Of a stretch of 64,000 nucleotides of DNA, positions 24,500-35,800 are shown piece by piece. Each line of letters opens with the position of its first letter. The first letter of the stretch is position 1. Source of the DNA: Camelus dromedarius (taxonomy: Eukaryota); assembly GCF_036321535.1 (NCBI RefSeq), contig NC_087436.1, positions 97,280,001 through 97,344,000 of the forward strand, read 5' to 3'. A program made the translations under genes and the position numbers. Below the pieces are notes generated by a model, which was not told the DNA's origin, ran no database searches, and was given only the letters and a program-made list of their open reading frames with translations.

Positions 24500-25060
24500 A
24501 AAAAAAATAAAGGGTCTTGGAAAAGAGGTATCCATTGGGAAATCCTAACTGGCCATTGACCTCTATGTGGGGAGGGGTAGGCATACGTTAGATGCTTGTG
24601 GACCGCTGAGTATGAGGATGTTCTCAAATGCAGGCTGGTCTGATGCACTGCTTGAGAAAGTGTGCAGAGGGCACTGTGGCAAAGAAAGGAGACAAATGGC
24701 TGTGCAGTGGGTGGGTCTCTACTGTGGGCAGTTCCGCTGGACACCGATGCCCAATTAGAGGCTGAAGCTTGAGTTAGAAAGTTGAAATAAGGGCTGAGGT
24801 TAGAGAAGCATGTGCAGGTGTCCACTACTCTGCTAGCTTTGGGGCTGGCAGACGAGGCGGGAGAGTAGGATAACAGGTTGGAGACCCTGGCATGCCACTT
24901 TGCAAATGCAGAAGGACACAAACTGCCACAGTTTAAGGTCCAATCACTTTTGACAAAGCCTTATTGACATACTAAGAGGTGAATTCCCTGGGAAAGTGAG
25001 GAGAGTAAGGGGAGGATGTTGGAGTGATAGACAGTGAAACAGGTGAAGTACCCCATTCTG
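24500..25060 (+). pseudogene. Decayed class III ERV gag N-terminal region
   Basis: Interrupted translation AQLEAEA*VRKLK*GLRLEK...RLETLACHFA...KVQSLLTKPY*HTKR*IPWESEES: a coiled-coil followed by a WDP..W.PW-like motif of ERVL-type gag. Confidence 0.6.
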
Positions 25061-25660
25061 TCTAATCACTAATACAAAAGAACAATTTAAATAGTAATTA
25101 CCCTACACTTCTGATAATAAACAAATACACACTAAACTCCTAGGAAAAAATTTACACTCCTTCTCTGTCCCTTGAAGATATAAATCTTACTCTGTCTTTG
25201 AAATACAAATACCCCAGGAGATATCTAAAATACTGCCCATCTTTGCTTGAGACTATATTAAAAAAAAAAAAAAAGAGAGTGAAAGAGGAAGAGTCTTTCT
25301 AAAATATAAACTGCTATAGAAGTTTCCTTGTCCAAAGTATCATCCACAGCTTCCATAAGATTACACATCAAAGGCAAATACAAATCTTAAAAATCTCTTC
25401 CACAGATATTAGTAAAAAGCTTTAGCTATGTGAGCAGGGAACCTTAACTTGTTATATATGCCATACACATTTTGGATTCAGCTATTATTTATAAACTAGT
25501 TAGTTTTATATTGTTGTGCCCAATTCATGGCAAAAATTTTAAAATGAAATCTATAGGTTCTCTGTGTCTGTATGTTTGTGTGTGTCTATTAATGTTACAT
25601 ATATGTGACATTTGTATACTTTCAGATGGTATTTTCAAAATTAATTTGTAAAAGAGCTCC
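25060..25660 (+). mobile_element. MER4-group (class I) ERV internal-like segment
   Basis: tttataaactag...ggcaaaaattttaaaatgaaatctatagg...aaaattaatttgtaaaagagctc; similar sequence resumes at 29860-29950 (ctgttctccttgtaacagga). Confidence 0.55.
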
Positions 25661-28600
25661 CTAGCAGCTGCTGCATCATTGTGCTCCCCAGCTGAGCTAA
25701 GAAAACACCCCAGCCATGCTCACTCCACACCACACTGTGGCACTGGATCTAAGTCAGCCAGAACTCAGGAAAATACATGATTTAGGGATGTGAAGGAAAC
25801 CCGGGGTCTGAGGAGTGGGCTGAGTGGGGCAGTGGCAGCCATTGCTGGCACTTACTCAAACAGCTCCCCAGAAACAGCCTAGACTTCTGATGGCAGCTCA
25901 GCTGCTTCAGTTCCAGCAACCACCACACTGTGATCTCCACTCCCAATTCAGTGAATGCTCTGGGTCTGCTCACACCACGTGACAACATAGCACTAGGTCT
26001 GGGATGAGCACACAGGGGAAAAGACACAATCTTGGGCTGCATCTGAAGATACCTACATAGACAGTGCGCTGGACCTCTGTAAGCACACGAACCCCACTAA
26101 GTTCAGTACTCCACTCTTTTGGGGCAAAGGCCCCAGTGTGGGGAGAAGGAAAAACACATACTTCATGGAAACAGTGCCAGCTTGAGCCCAACTCTCAGGG
26201 TTTTGGCTCCAGCAACATAGGAGTAGGTCTGTCCCTGACAGGTAGGTACATGCTGTTGAGCAGAAAGGCAGTCCCATCTCACATCATGCAGAGACTCTTG
26301 CTACTCCAGCATCAGCCACACCACTTACCAGAGTGAAAGTGGCCAGCACACCCTGAGGAAAGACGTGATTAGTGTCCATACCAAATCCAGCCCTCACACC
26401 AAAGACATTGGGTACATGCAGCCTACATAAAGAAGCTCCCATATAAAAACACCCCTTTAAGACCACAAAAGATAACTGTTTCACCTAAATTCATAGAGCC
26501 AGAGAAAGTTATGTAAAATGAAAAAGCAGAGGAACTACTCTCAATTGAAAGAGCAAGAGAAAATCCTTGAAAAAGTAAATAATGTAACAGAGATACTTGG
26601 TCTACCAGACAATGAACTGAATTAGGAAAGAGAATTGATCTAAGCACAGATCATTTTAAAAAGGAACTTTAGAAACTATAAAGAAGACCCAATCAAAAAC
26701 AGATTCTTCAATTTCTGAGATAAAAAGCACACTAGAAGCAATGAATAGCTGACTAAATGGCACGGAAAAACACATAAGTGGCTTGGAAGATAGAATACTG
26801 GAAACCACCCAATCAGAACAGCAGACAGAAAGACAATTGAAAAAAATAAATAAAAGCAACATACGAGATCTATGGAAAAACATAAAATGTGCCAAAATTC
26901 ACATTACAGGGAATCCAGAAGGAGAAGAGAGAGAAGGGTATTGGAAATGTATTTGAAGAAATTATTGCCCAAAACTTCCTAAACCTAAAAAAGAAAACAG
27001 ATACCCAGGTACAGGAAACACAGAAGGTCTCAAACAAGATGAACCCAAACTGACCTACACCAAGATATGTCATAATTAAAATGGCAAATATAGACTTAAA
27101 GAGAGAATTCTAAAGGCAGCAAGAGAAAAATAATCATATACAACAGAATCCCAATAAGGCTATTAGCTAATGTCTCTACAGAAACTTTGCCAGCCAGAAA
27201 GAAGTTGCATGATACATTCAAACTCCTGCAACTTAGGATACTCTAGACAGCAAGATTACTACCTAGAATAGAAGAAGAGATAAAGAACTTCTCAAACAAG
27301 AACAAAGTTGATAAACATTTAGCCAGAGTTACCAAGAGAAAAAGAGAGCGGGCCCAAATAAACAAACAAACAAAAAAAAAAAAAAAGAAAGAAAGAAAGA
27401 AAGAAAAGAAAAAGAAAATGAATGAGAAGAAACAGCAAACAATACCACAGAAATACAAAAAAAAAAATTTAAGAGAATAATATGAACAGTTATATGTCAA
27501 AAAGTTGGACAACTTAGAAGAAACATATAGCTTCCAAGATGAGTCATGAAGAAACAGACAGTTTGAACAGACTGAACACTACAAGTGAAACTGTATCTGC
27601 AATTAAAACAAAAAAACAAACTTCCAGCAAACAGTAGTCCAAGACTGGACAGCTTCACAGAGGAATTCCACCAAACGAATACTTATGCTTCTCAAATTAT
27701 TCCAAAATTATTCCAAATTACTCTCACAAATTGTTCCCCAAAAAAGCTTAGAGAAGGGAACACTCCTAAATTCATTCTATGAGGCCATCATAACCCTGAT
27801 ACCAAAACCAAACAAAGACACTTCAAAAAAAGGAAAATTACAAGCTAATATTTTCAATGAATGTAGATGCAAAAATCCTCAACTATGTATTAGCAAACTG
27901 AATCCAACAATGCATAAAGGATCATACAGCATGATCAAGTTGGATTTGTTCCAGAGTCACAGAATGGTTCAACATATGCAAAATCAATCAATATGTTACA
28001 CCACATTAACAAGGAAAGACAAAAACCACATGATCACCTCAATAGACACAGAAAAACATTTGACAAAATTCAACATTCATTCATGTTAAAAACTCTTATC
28101 AGAGTGGATATAGAGGAAACATATTAACATAATAAAGGCCACAAGCCCACAACCATCATAATACTCAATGGTGAAAAGCTGAAACCTTTCCATTAGATTC
28201 AAGAAAAAGACAAGAATGCCAACTCTCACTGCTTCTATCTAACATAGAATTGGAAGCTCTAGACATAGCAATCAGACAAAAAAAAAAAAAAAAAAAAACT
28301 ATCCAAATTGTTAGGAAGAGGTAAAACTGTCACTATTTGCAGATGACATCCTAAAATCTCTACCCAAAAGTAGTTAGAACTTTCAAAAATTAATTCAGCA
28401 AGTTTGCAGTATACAATATTAATATACATAAATCTGTTGCATATCTATACACTAATAATGAAATATCAGAAATATAAAGGTAAAAAAAAAACTTTCAGAA
28501 TCACATAAAAAGTATACTCAGGAATAAACTTAACCAAGGAGGTGAGAGACCTATACTGTGAAAACTATAAAATACTGATGAACAAAATTGAAGATGATTC

Positions 28601-29850
28601 AAAGAAATGGAAAGATATCCCATGCTCTTGGATTAGAAGAACTGATATCATTAAAATGGTCATACTATCCAAAGAAATCTACAGATTTAATACAATATCC
28701 ATCAAAATACCCATGATACTTTTCACAGAACTAGGCTAAGCCTAAAATTTATATGGAATCACAAAAGACCTCCAATTGCCAAAGCAATCCTGAGAAATAA
28801 GAACAAAGCTAGAGGTATAACCGTCCCAGGCTTCAGACTATGCTACAAATCTACAATAATCAAAACAGCATGGCATTGGCACAAAAACAGACACATAGAT
28901 CAATGGAATGGAATACAGAGTCCAAAAATCAACCCACACACCTATGGCCAATTAATCTATGGTAAAGGAGGCAAGGATATACGATGGAGAAAAGACAATC
29001 TCTTCAACGGGTATTGCTGAGAAAACTGGACAGCGCATGTAAGACAATGAAATTAGAGCATCTCCTCATGCTATATACAAAAAATAAACTCAGTGGTTTA
29101 AAGGTCTAAATGTGATACTTGTAACAATAAAATTCCTAGAAGAGAACATAGGTGAAACATTTTGACATAAAACATAGCAATATTTTCATTGATCAGTCTC
29201 CTAAAGCAAAAGAAATAAAAACAAAAATAAACAAATGAGACCTAATTAAACCTAAAAGCATCAATAAAACAAAAAAACAGCCTACAGAATAGGAGAAAAT
29301 ATTTGCAAATGATGCATTAGACAAGGGGTTAATATCCAAAATACACAAAGAGCTCATACAACTCAACATCAAAAAAACAAGCAATCCAATCAGAAAGTGG
29401 GCAGAAGACTTGCTTAGACATTTTTCCACAGAAAGATATACTGATAGCCACAGGCCCATGAAAAGTTGCTCAACATCTCTAATAATTAGAGAAACACAAA
29501 TCAAAACTTCATTCTTGTCAGAATGGCTGTCATTTAAAAGAACACAAATAACAAATATTGGAGAGGATGCAGAGAAAAGGAAACCCTTATTAATGGGAAC
29601 CATTATTGATGGGAATGTAAATTGGTGCAACCACTATGAAAAACTGTATGGAAGTTTCTTAAAAAATAAAAATAGAACTGCCATGTAATCCAGCAATTTC
29701 ACTCCTGCGTACATATCCAGAAAAAACAAAAACACTAATTCAAAAAGATATATGCACCCCAACGTTCACAGCAGCATTATTTACAATAGCCAAGACATGG
29801 AAGCAATCCAAGTGCCCATCAACAGATGATTGGATTAAGAAGAAGTCGTG
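25661..29850 (+). mobile_element. L1, dead, EN domain deleted, 3'UTR missing, nested in the ERV
   Basis: 5'UTR; ORF1 from 26518; jump at ~27300; RT motifs NSFYEAIITLIPKP, LFADD (28333-28347) and KWKDIPCSWI; no poly(A). Confidence 0.92.
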
Positions 29851-29949
29851 TACATGCCTCATATAATTATTTTACATGTTCAGTAAAAACAAACAAACAA
29901 CAACAAAAAAACCCACACACACACAAAAACTGTTCTCCTTGTAACAGGA

Positions 29950-30600
29950 AGGAACCACAGCAGTTAGTTGGCTGAACTCAGTGTGGTTTGGGTAATGATT
30001 GATCACTCATGAGCCCTGGCCATTAACCCTTTGCACTGCCATGTGGGCTTTTCTAATGAGGTTGATGCCATGGTTTGAACAATGTGTAGCAGAAGGGTGG
30101 ATGATCATGAATAAGCCCTTATGAGTTCAGGACATGTGGAAAGACATTTGGGTTCACCTGCCAGTTCTGTCTCTCACATCCTGGCTCATATGGCACTGAC
30201 ACGCCTTGGCAATCGGGAGGCCTGTGCCTTAGCCCAGGAATGAGCCCTAGCAGCCAGCCCTTCCGCAAATACAGCAGACTGGGTGCATGGAAGAGCAGCT
30301 ACCGTATTTCCCAGGTGGGATGGGGTATTGCCAAGAATGCCAGATTGCCCTTGAAATACAGTGACTTGGCCAATGCAGTACAAAATGTCCTGCATGTTCT
30401 AAACAATGCCCGGAGTAACTACCAAAGGAGTCTGGGGCCATTCACTAGAGTTCCCAGTTGGTGTGGCATTGACAAGCCTATTTTATCAACCCCTTCCAAG
30501 TGAGGACCCTGAATATGCCTTGGTTTGTGTGGACACTGTGTCTGGCCTAACCCAAGCTACACCCTGTCTCTGTGCAAACCAGGTGGCCACTACTGCTATG
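29950..30600 (+). pseudogene. Decayed class III ERV pol (RNase H, integrase zinc-binding and core start)
   Basis: SS*LAEL...WMIMNKPL*VQDMWKDIW...HILAH...GNREACALA...DWVH...LPLKYSDL...PLPSEDPEYALVCVDTVSGLTQATPC. Confidence 0.8.
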
Positions 30601-30909
30601 CTGCTGAGAACATCAAGCCTCATCGTGCCTGGGAAGGGTGTTAGCTAGTGAAATTTATGATGGAACATCCCTCCAGGATAGGTGAACTATTTCACACCCC
30701 TGGATAAGGAGGAACTACCCAATTTCCACTAGATCCCATTGTCCTGCTGCAAGCGGACCTGTTGAAACACACTATACCTGAAATGGAACACACACCACTG
30801 AAAGAGGGAAGAGGTGGGGATCCTGGTCTGGCATATCCCACCCTGAGTCCATCTCTTCACCCCTGACAGTGCTGCCTCCCATAGTGGACATGTATGGTAT
30901 ACACAGCGA

Positions 30910-31103
30910 GGTCAAGTTCCTAAAGCTGCTAACCTCCCTCTCCTAAAGGCCAGGTGGGCTCGTTCTGTTTTGGCATGGTCTGACTGGTATGATGTTCTGA
31001 TTTGTATGGTCATTTGGATGCCATTTTTGTTTCCTCCACTGGCTTTAAGGACATTATAGCACACATAGAAGCCCTCACTAAAGTCTCTCAACAAGTCTTA
31101 ACA
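30910..31103 (+). pseudogene. ERV env remnant (SU/TM junction and start of TM)
   Basis: NLPLLKARWAR|SV...WYD, then after a frameshift HLDAIFVSSTGFKDIIAHIEALTKVSQQVL. Confidence 0.6.
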
Positions 31104-32821
31104 TTAAAGCCTGCAAAAGCTTTTCTTCAACTGAATCCTGAAATGTCTAATTAAAGAATGTAAGTGAAATATGGAGAGAAAAAATGCAATTTTCCAAGGT
31201 TTCCTTTAGTTTTTTCTCAGTATTACCAAGGATTAGTTGATAAAATTATAGATTATTTTATTGATTACAGAGACCCAAATCTTGAAGAAGTCTCAGGGGA
31301 TCTTTTTCAGCATCATGAGGCTACTTAATCATGAGTGTGACCTGACTGCAAAATCATGGAGGGAAGGTGTGAGCACATGGCAGTCCATAAAAATGTTTAA
31401 GAGAGAAGGATGAACTGAGGACCATGCATTTATTGATTAAGTAAGTGGCCAATAAACTCTTGACTAGAGGAGGCCATTAGCATGAAATCCTCAAAGGAGA
31501 CTTTGAATAGGCACCTACTGAACCATATTTAAAAGGCATATTTGAAGGGTTGTCTTTTTCCCAGCAAAATAAATAGTTCTCATCACATTTGATATAATCT
31601 TCCCAAGCATCTAAGGAATGGAAAGCATGTATGAAGTGGAAGAGAGACATTATGAAGTATTTGAGAGCAACAAATGATCTAAAGAGTTACAAATACCTAA
31701 TCTTTCGAGAAAATAAATGCAAAAGAGCAAGGTACACTGAAAAAGTCCCGTAATTGTGTTAAGCCCCTTAAGGTTCATGTCCAGCACATTAGGCATGTTG
31801 TAATTGAACAGTTGAGAAACAAATTAAAAATTTAATGATCTCTCCTCCCTTTGGAAGTAAACTTAGTTCCCTATTACCGATGCTGCCAGAACTCATATCA
31901 TTGTCTAATCAGCACTTAATGGCTCACTCTTAGTGCCTCTAATTTTAGATAATTAATGTGCACGTAATAAAGCCTCATAAATGTTTTATTTTCATACGCC
32001 ACATGTTGGAAAAATATAAGCAATCTACTGCTAGATCCTTTCTTTGGAATCTCCCAAGATCTTGGTCTGTATTTTGCAGAAATATGAGCAGTATATGCGT
32101 TTTGTGTCTACATGGACAAATTTGTACAACACAACTATTTTCTTCTGCTTACCCTCAAATCTTCCCCCACCTCCACTCTCTTGGTCACCTCTTTGGCTGT
32201 CACTGGAGAGAAGAAAAAGTAAAAACACAGAATGAAAGTTTATTTTAAGAGGATGATAGGATTCAACTCACAGATGCTCAAATTACTCACTGATTTTAAC
32301 TAAATGAAATTCTTTTTTTTTTGGTCCAAGCATAATCACAGGAGTACGTTTGTACATTTTGCCTCATCTGCTTTCTCATAACATATCTTTCTAGCTATGA
32401 GTCTACAACTTCTGCTAAAATAGCCATCTTCTTAAACAAGTTTTCCTAAATGGAGAGTCTATTATCTCCTTCATAACTCACTGTTTTTCTTCCTTGTCGC
32501 CCATCTCTTGGTAGCCTAGTTTGTCCCCTACACAAACTTCTCCTGAATTAATATGTTTTAGGGTTTTAAGTTTGTCCTTAGAGCTGCTCCATCCTTATCT
32601 GCTACCTGGCATCCGTGCCCTCTTTAAGGCACTTCTCTCAATGCCTGCTGATTCTCTTTAGCACAGTGACTCGCTGAGTCAAGAATTATTTGGGAAGACT
32701 CAGAATAATTTCATTCCATAGGCCTCAGACACAGGACTCATGTTATAAAAGGAACTTGTTTTAAGGGAAGGGAGACAAAAGATTATCACATGACATGGAC
32801 ATGAATCAAGATTAAGAGTAT

Positions 32822-35800
32822 GGGGAGAGGGTTATGGTGACATAGGAAGATTCTGGGCTCCCCTCCTCCCGTGGACACACTAAATCTGCAACTACATATG
32901 GCACAACTTCCTCTAAAAAAAAAAACCCTAAAAACCGAGCAATTCCTATGTGCCTGGAGAACGAGAGAGGGCCCACGTCAAAGTGGATAGGAGAGGCTGG
33001 CACCCAACCTCACCAATAAACTGCACCCCCAGTGTGGCAACTCACAACTGGGAGGGAACTCAAAACCCAGATCTTTTCTCCGAAGAGCAAGGGTTTGAAC
33101 TCCATATCAGGCACCCCAACTTTTAAGACTTGCACTTGGGAGATGAGCCACCAAAACATCTAGCTTTGAAAACCATTAAGACTCGAGTCCACAAGACACT
33201 CACGTTATAGCAATCTGAGAAACGGTCCTTAAAGGGATCTTGTGCTCCTCGGACTCGCTTGCCCCAGGGCCCAGCGCAGAAGGAGCTGACCAAGAGGTAC
33301 CCGGACTATATGTGAATGACGCTCATTTGCTCATCTGAAAGTGTCGATCTGAGGGGCAGGCACCATCTTCACACTCTCACCTGCCTCATGATAGCCAATG
33401 GGTGCCAATTTTTTTTCTTGCAGGTGCCATCTATAAACCCTCTGTCTGCCTTGTTCAGGCAGGCAGGTGCTGTCTTTTTTCTTTTCTCCTGTAGGCACCA
33501 TCTATATGTCCTCCCGCTGCCGTGTGCACTATCATCCTGACCTCCCTTTGCTGAGCTCCAGAGCACCAGTGTCTCCCAGATGGGAGCTCTGACATGCGTC
33601 TGGTGCCCAGTTTTTGAGGCTGTCCGTGGGATGCCCTCTAACTACCTGGCTGTGGAGGCAAAGAGGGCTTATAATCCTGAGTCCTGTGAGACTCTAACAG
33701 TCAGAGGGACACTTCTTGGCAGACGACCACCTCCAGGGCACTGCACAGACAGCAGAGTGAAACACAGTCAGTCCTTCTGTGAAAGAAGCCTACTTGCTTG
33801 TCCCGGAGCTTCAGTCTGAGGGACAGGTTTCCAGTCTGGCACACAGCTAGGGACCTCTGGAAGTGCTCCCAGGGCATGGAGCCTGGTGAATGCAGTCTTG
33901 CCCACTCCCTCTGCCTCTCTGCAGTTCACCATTATCTCTCAGAAAGGAACTTGCACTCTTGTCTGTCACTCTGACTTCTGAAGCTGCAAAAACCTACCAC
34001 CACCTAACTCTGGTGGCCAGTGGGACCTATGCTCGTGAGTCCCACGGGACTGTAGCCAACAAAGAGTTAACCCTCCCCCTCCCAACCAGCCTCATGCCCC
34101 AGCACAACAGGAGATGACAGAGTCAGGAGGGCCGTCTTTCTGTGAAAGTGGTCGGTTAGCTGACTGCCATAGCTGTGGTCTGAGGGGCAGGCTCCTAATT
34201 AAACACACATCTAAGGGCTGACCCTAATCCTTGTAAGAGAAAAAGGAGTGTGGACACTATCTCGATGCTTTCCCCTGGCTGTGCTCCAGAGCGCTAGTAT
34301 CTCCTGGAGGGGGGAGCTTTCACATCATCTAGCGCTACAGTTTTTATGTCTTGTGCCTTGGTCTTTGTGATTGTTGCCCAGGGGACCCCTTGATTGCCTG
34401 ACTCTGGAGACGAGAGGGGCTTGTGTTCATGGACCCCATGGGATTACAGCAACTGCAGAGATAGTCATTGTCAGGTTACCACCCTCAGGGCATGGTACAG
34501 ACAGCAGACTGGAAAGCATCTCCAGTCTTTCTGTGAAAGAGGCCAATTTGCTTGTCCTGGAGCTTTGGCTTGAGGGGCAAGCTTCTGGTTTGGTACACAA
34601 CTAGAAGCCTGTGGAGGTCCTCTCAGGATACATAGGTTGGAGGACATAATTTTTGTGCTCTCACTCCGCCTCATTGTACTTCACCAGTATCTCACAAGAC
34701 AGTAGCATATACCCTTATCTGATGCCCTGATTTTTATAACTGCTACCCAGGGGACCTACAGATCACTTGGCTCTGGTGGCCAGCAGAGATTATCCTTGCA
34801 ATCCCACAGGATGGTGTATATTTGCATACTTAAAAAGCTCCTGACTGAGGGTCTGGTTTCCAATCAGCCTGAATCTAGACTCTGACTGAGAGCCTCCCTT
34901 TTAGGACACTGACAGGTCTTGGCCTACTCGTATCCACTGAGAACCATTAAAAATAAAACAGGCTGCTTGCACAATCAAAAAAGGTTGAGGGATAATCAAG
35001 AGTTAGGGCAGGACTGAAAGATAAGTTTCATCTCCTACACAAGGAGGTAGTTGTTCATCTAATGCATAGAAACCAACACAGAGAGTCAAGCAAAATGAAG
35101 AAACAGAGAAATACGTTCCAAATGAAAGAACTAGATGAAACCTCAGAACAAAACTGTAATGAAATGGAGATAAGAAATTTACCTGATAAAGAGTTCAGAG
35201 TAGTGGTTATAAAGATGTTCACAGAACTCAGAAGTATGAAAACACTGAGAACTTCAACAAAGAGAAAAATATTATAAAGCACCAAACAGAAGTCACAGAG
35301 CTGAAGAACACAGTAACTGAATTGAGAAATACAATACAGGGGTTTAACAGCAGACTAGATGAACCAGGAGAAAAGAGCAATGAACTCAAGGACAGGGTGG
35401 TGGAACTCACTCAATCAGAGCAGCAAAGAGAATTTTATTTTTTTTTTAAAGTAAAGACAGCTTAAGGGACTTATGGGACAACATCAAGTGAACTAACATT
35501 CACATCATAGGGGTTCCAGAAAGAGATAAGAGAAAGGGACAGAAAATTTATTTGAAGAGATAATGGCTCAAAACTTCTCTAACTTGGGGAAGGAAACAAA
35601 TATCCAGATACAAGAGAAGTCCAGAGAGTTCCAAAAATAATAAATCCAAAGAAACTCACACTAAGACACATTATAATTAAAATTTCAAAAATTAAAGAAG
35701 AGAATCTCAAAAGCAGCAAGAAAAAAAATGTTACGTACAAGGGAACCCCCCCATAAGGCAATCAGATTTTTCAAGAGAAGTTTTGCAAACCAGAAGACAG

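Noticed and set aside
24099..24921. 161-aa and 144-aa minus-strand ORFs
   Set aside because: Antisense to the ERV LTR/gag; no motif support.
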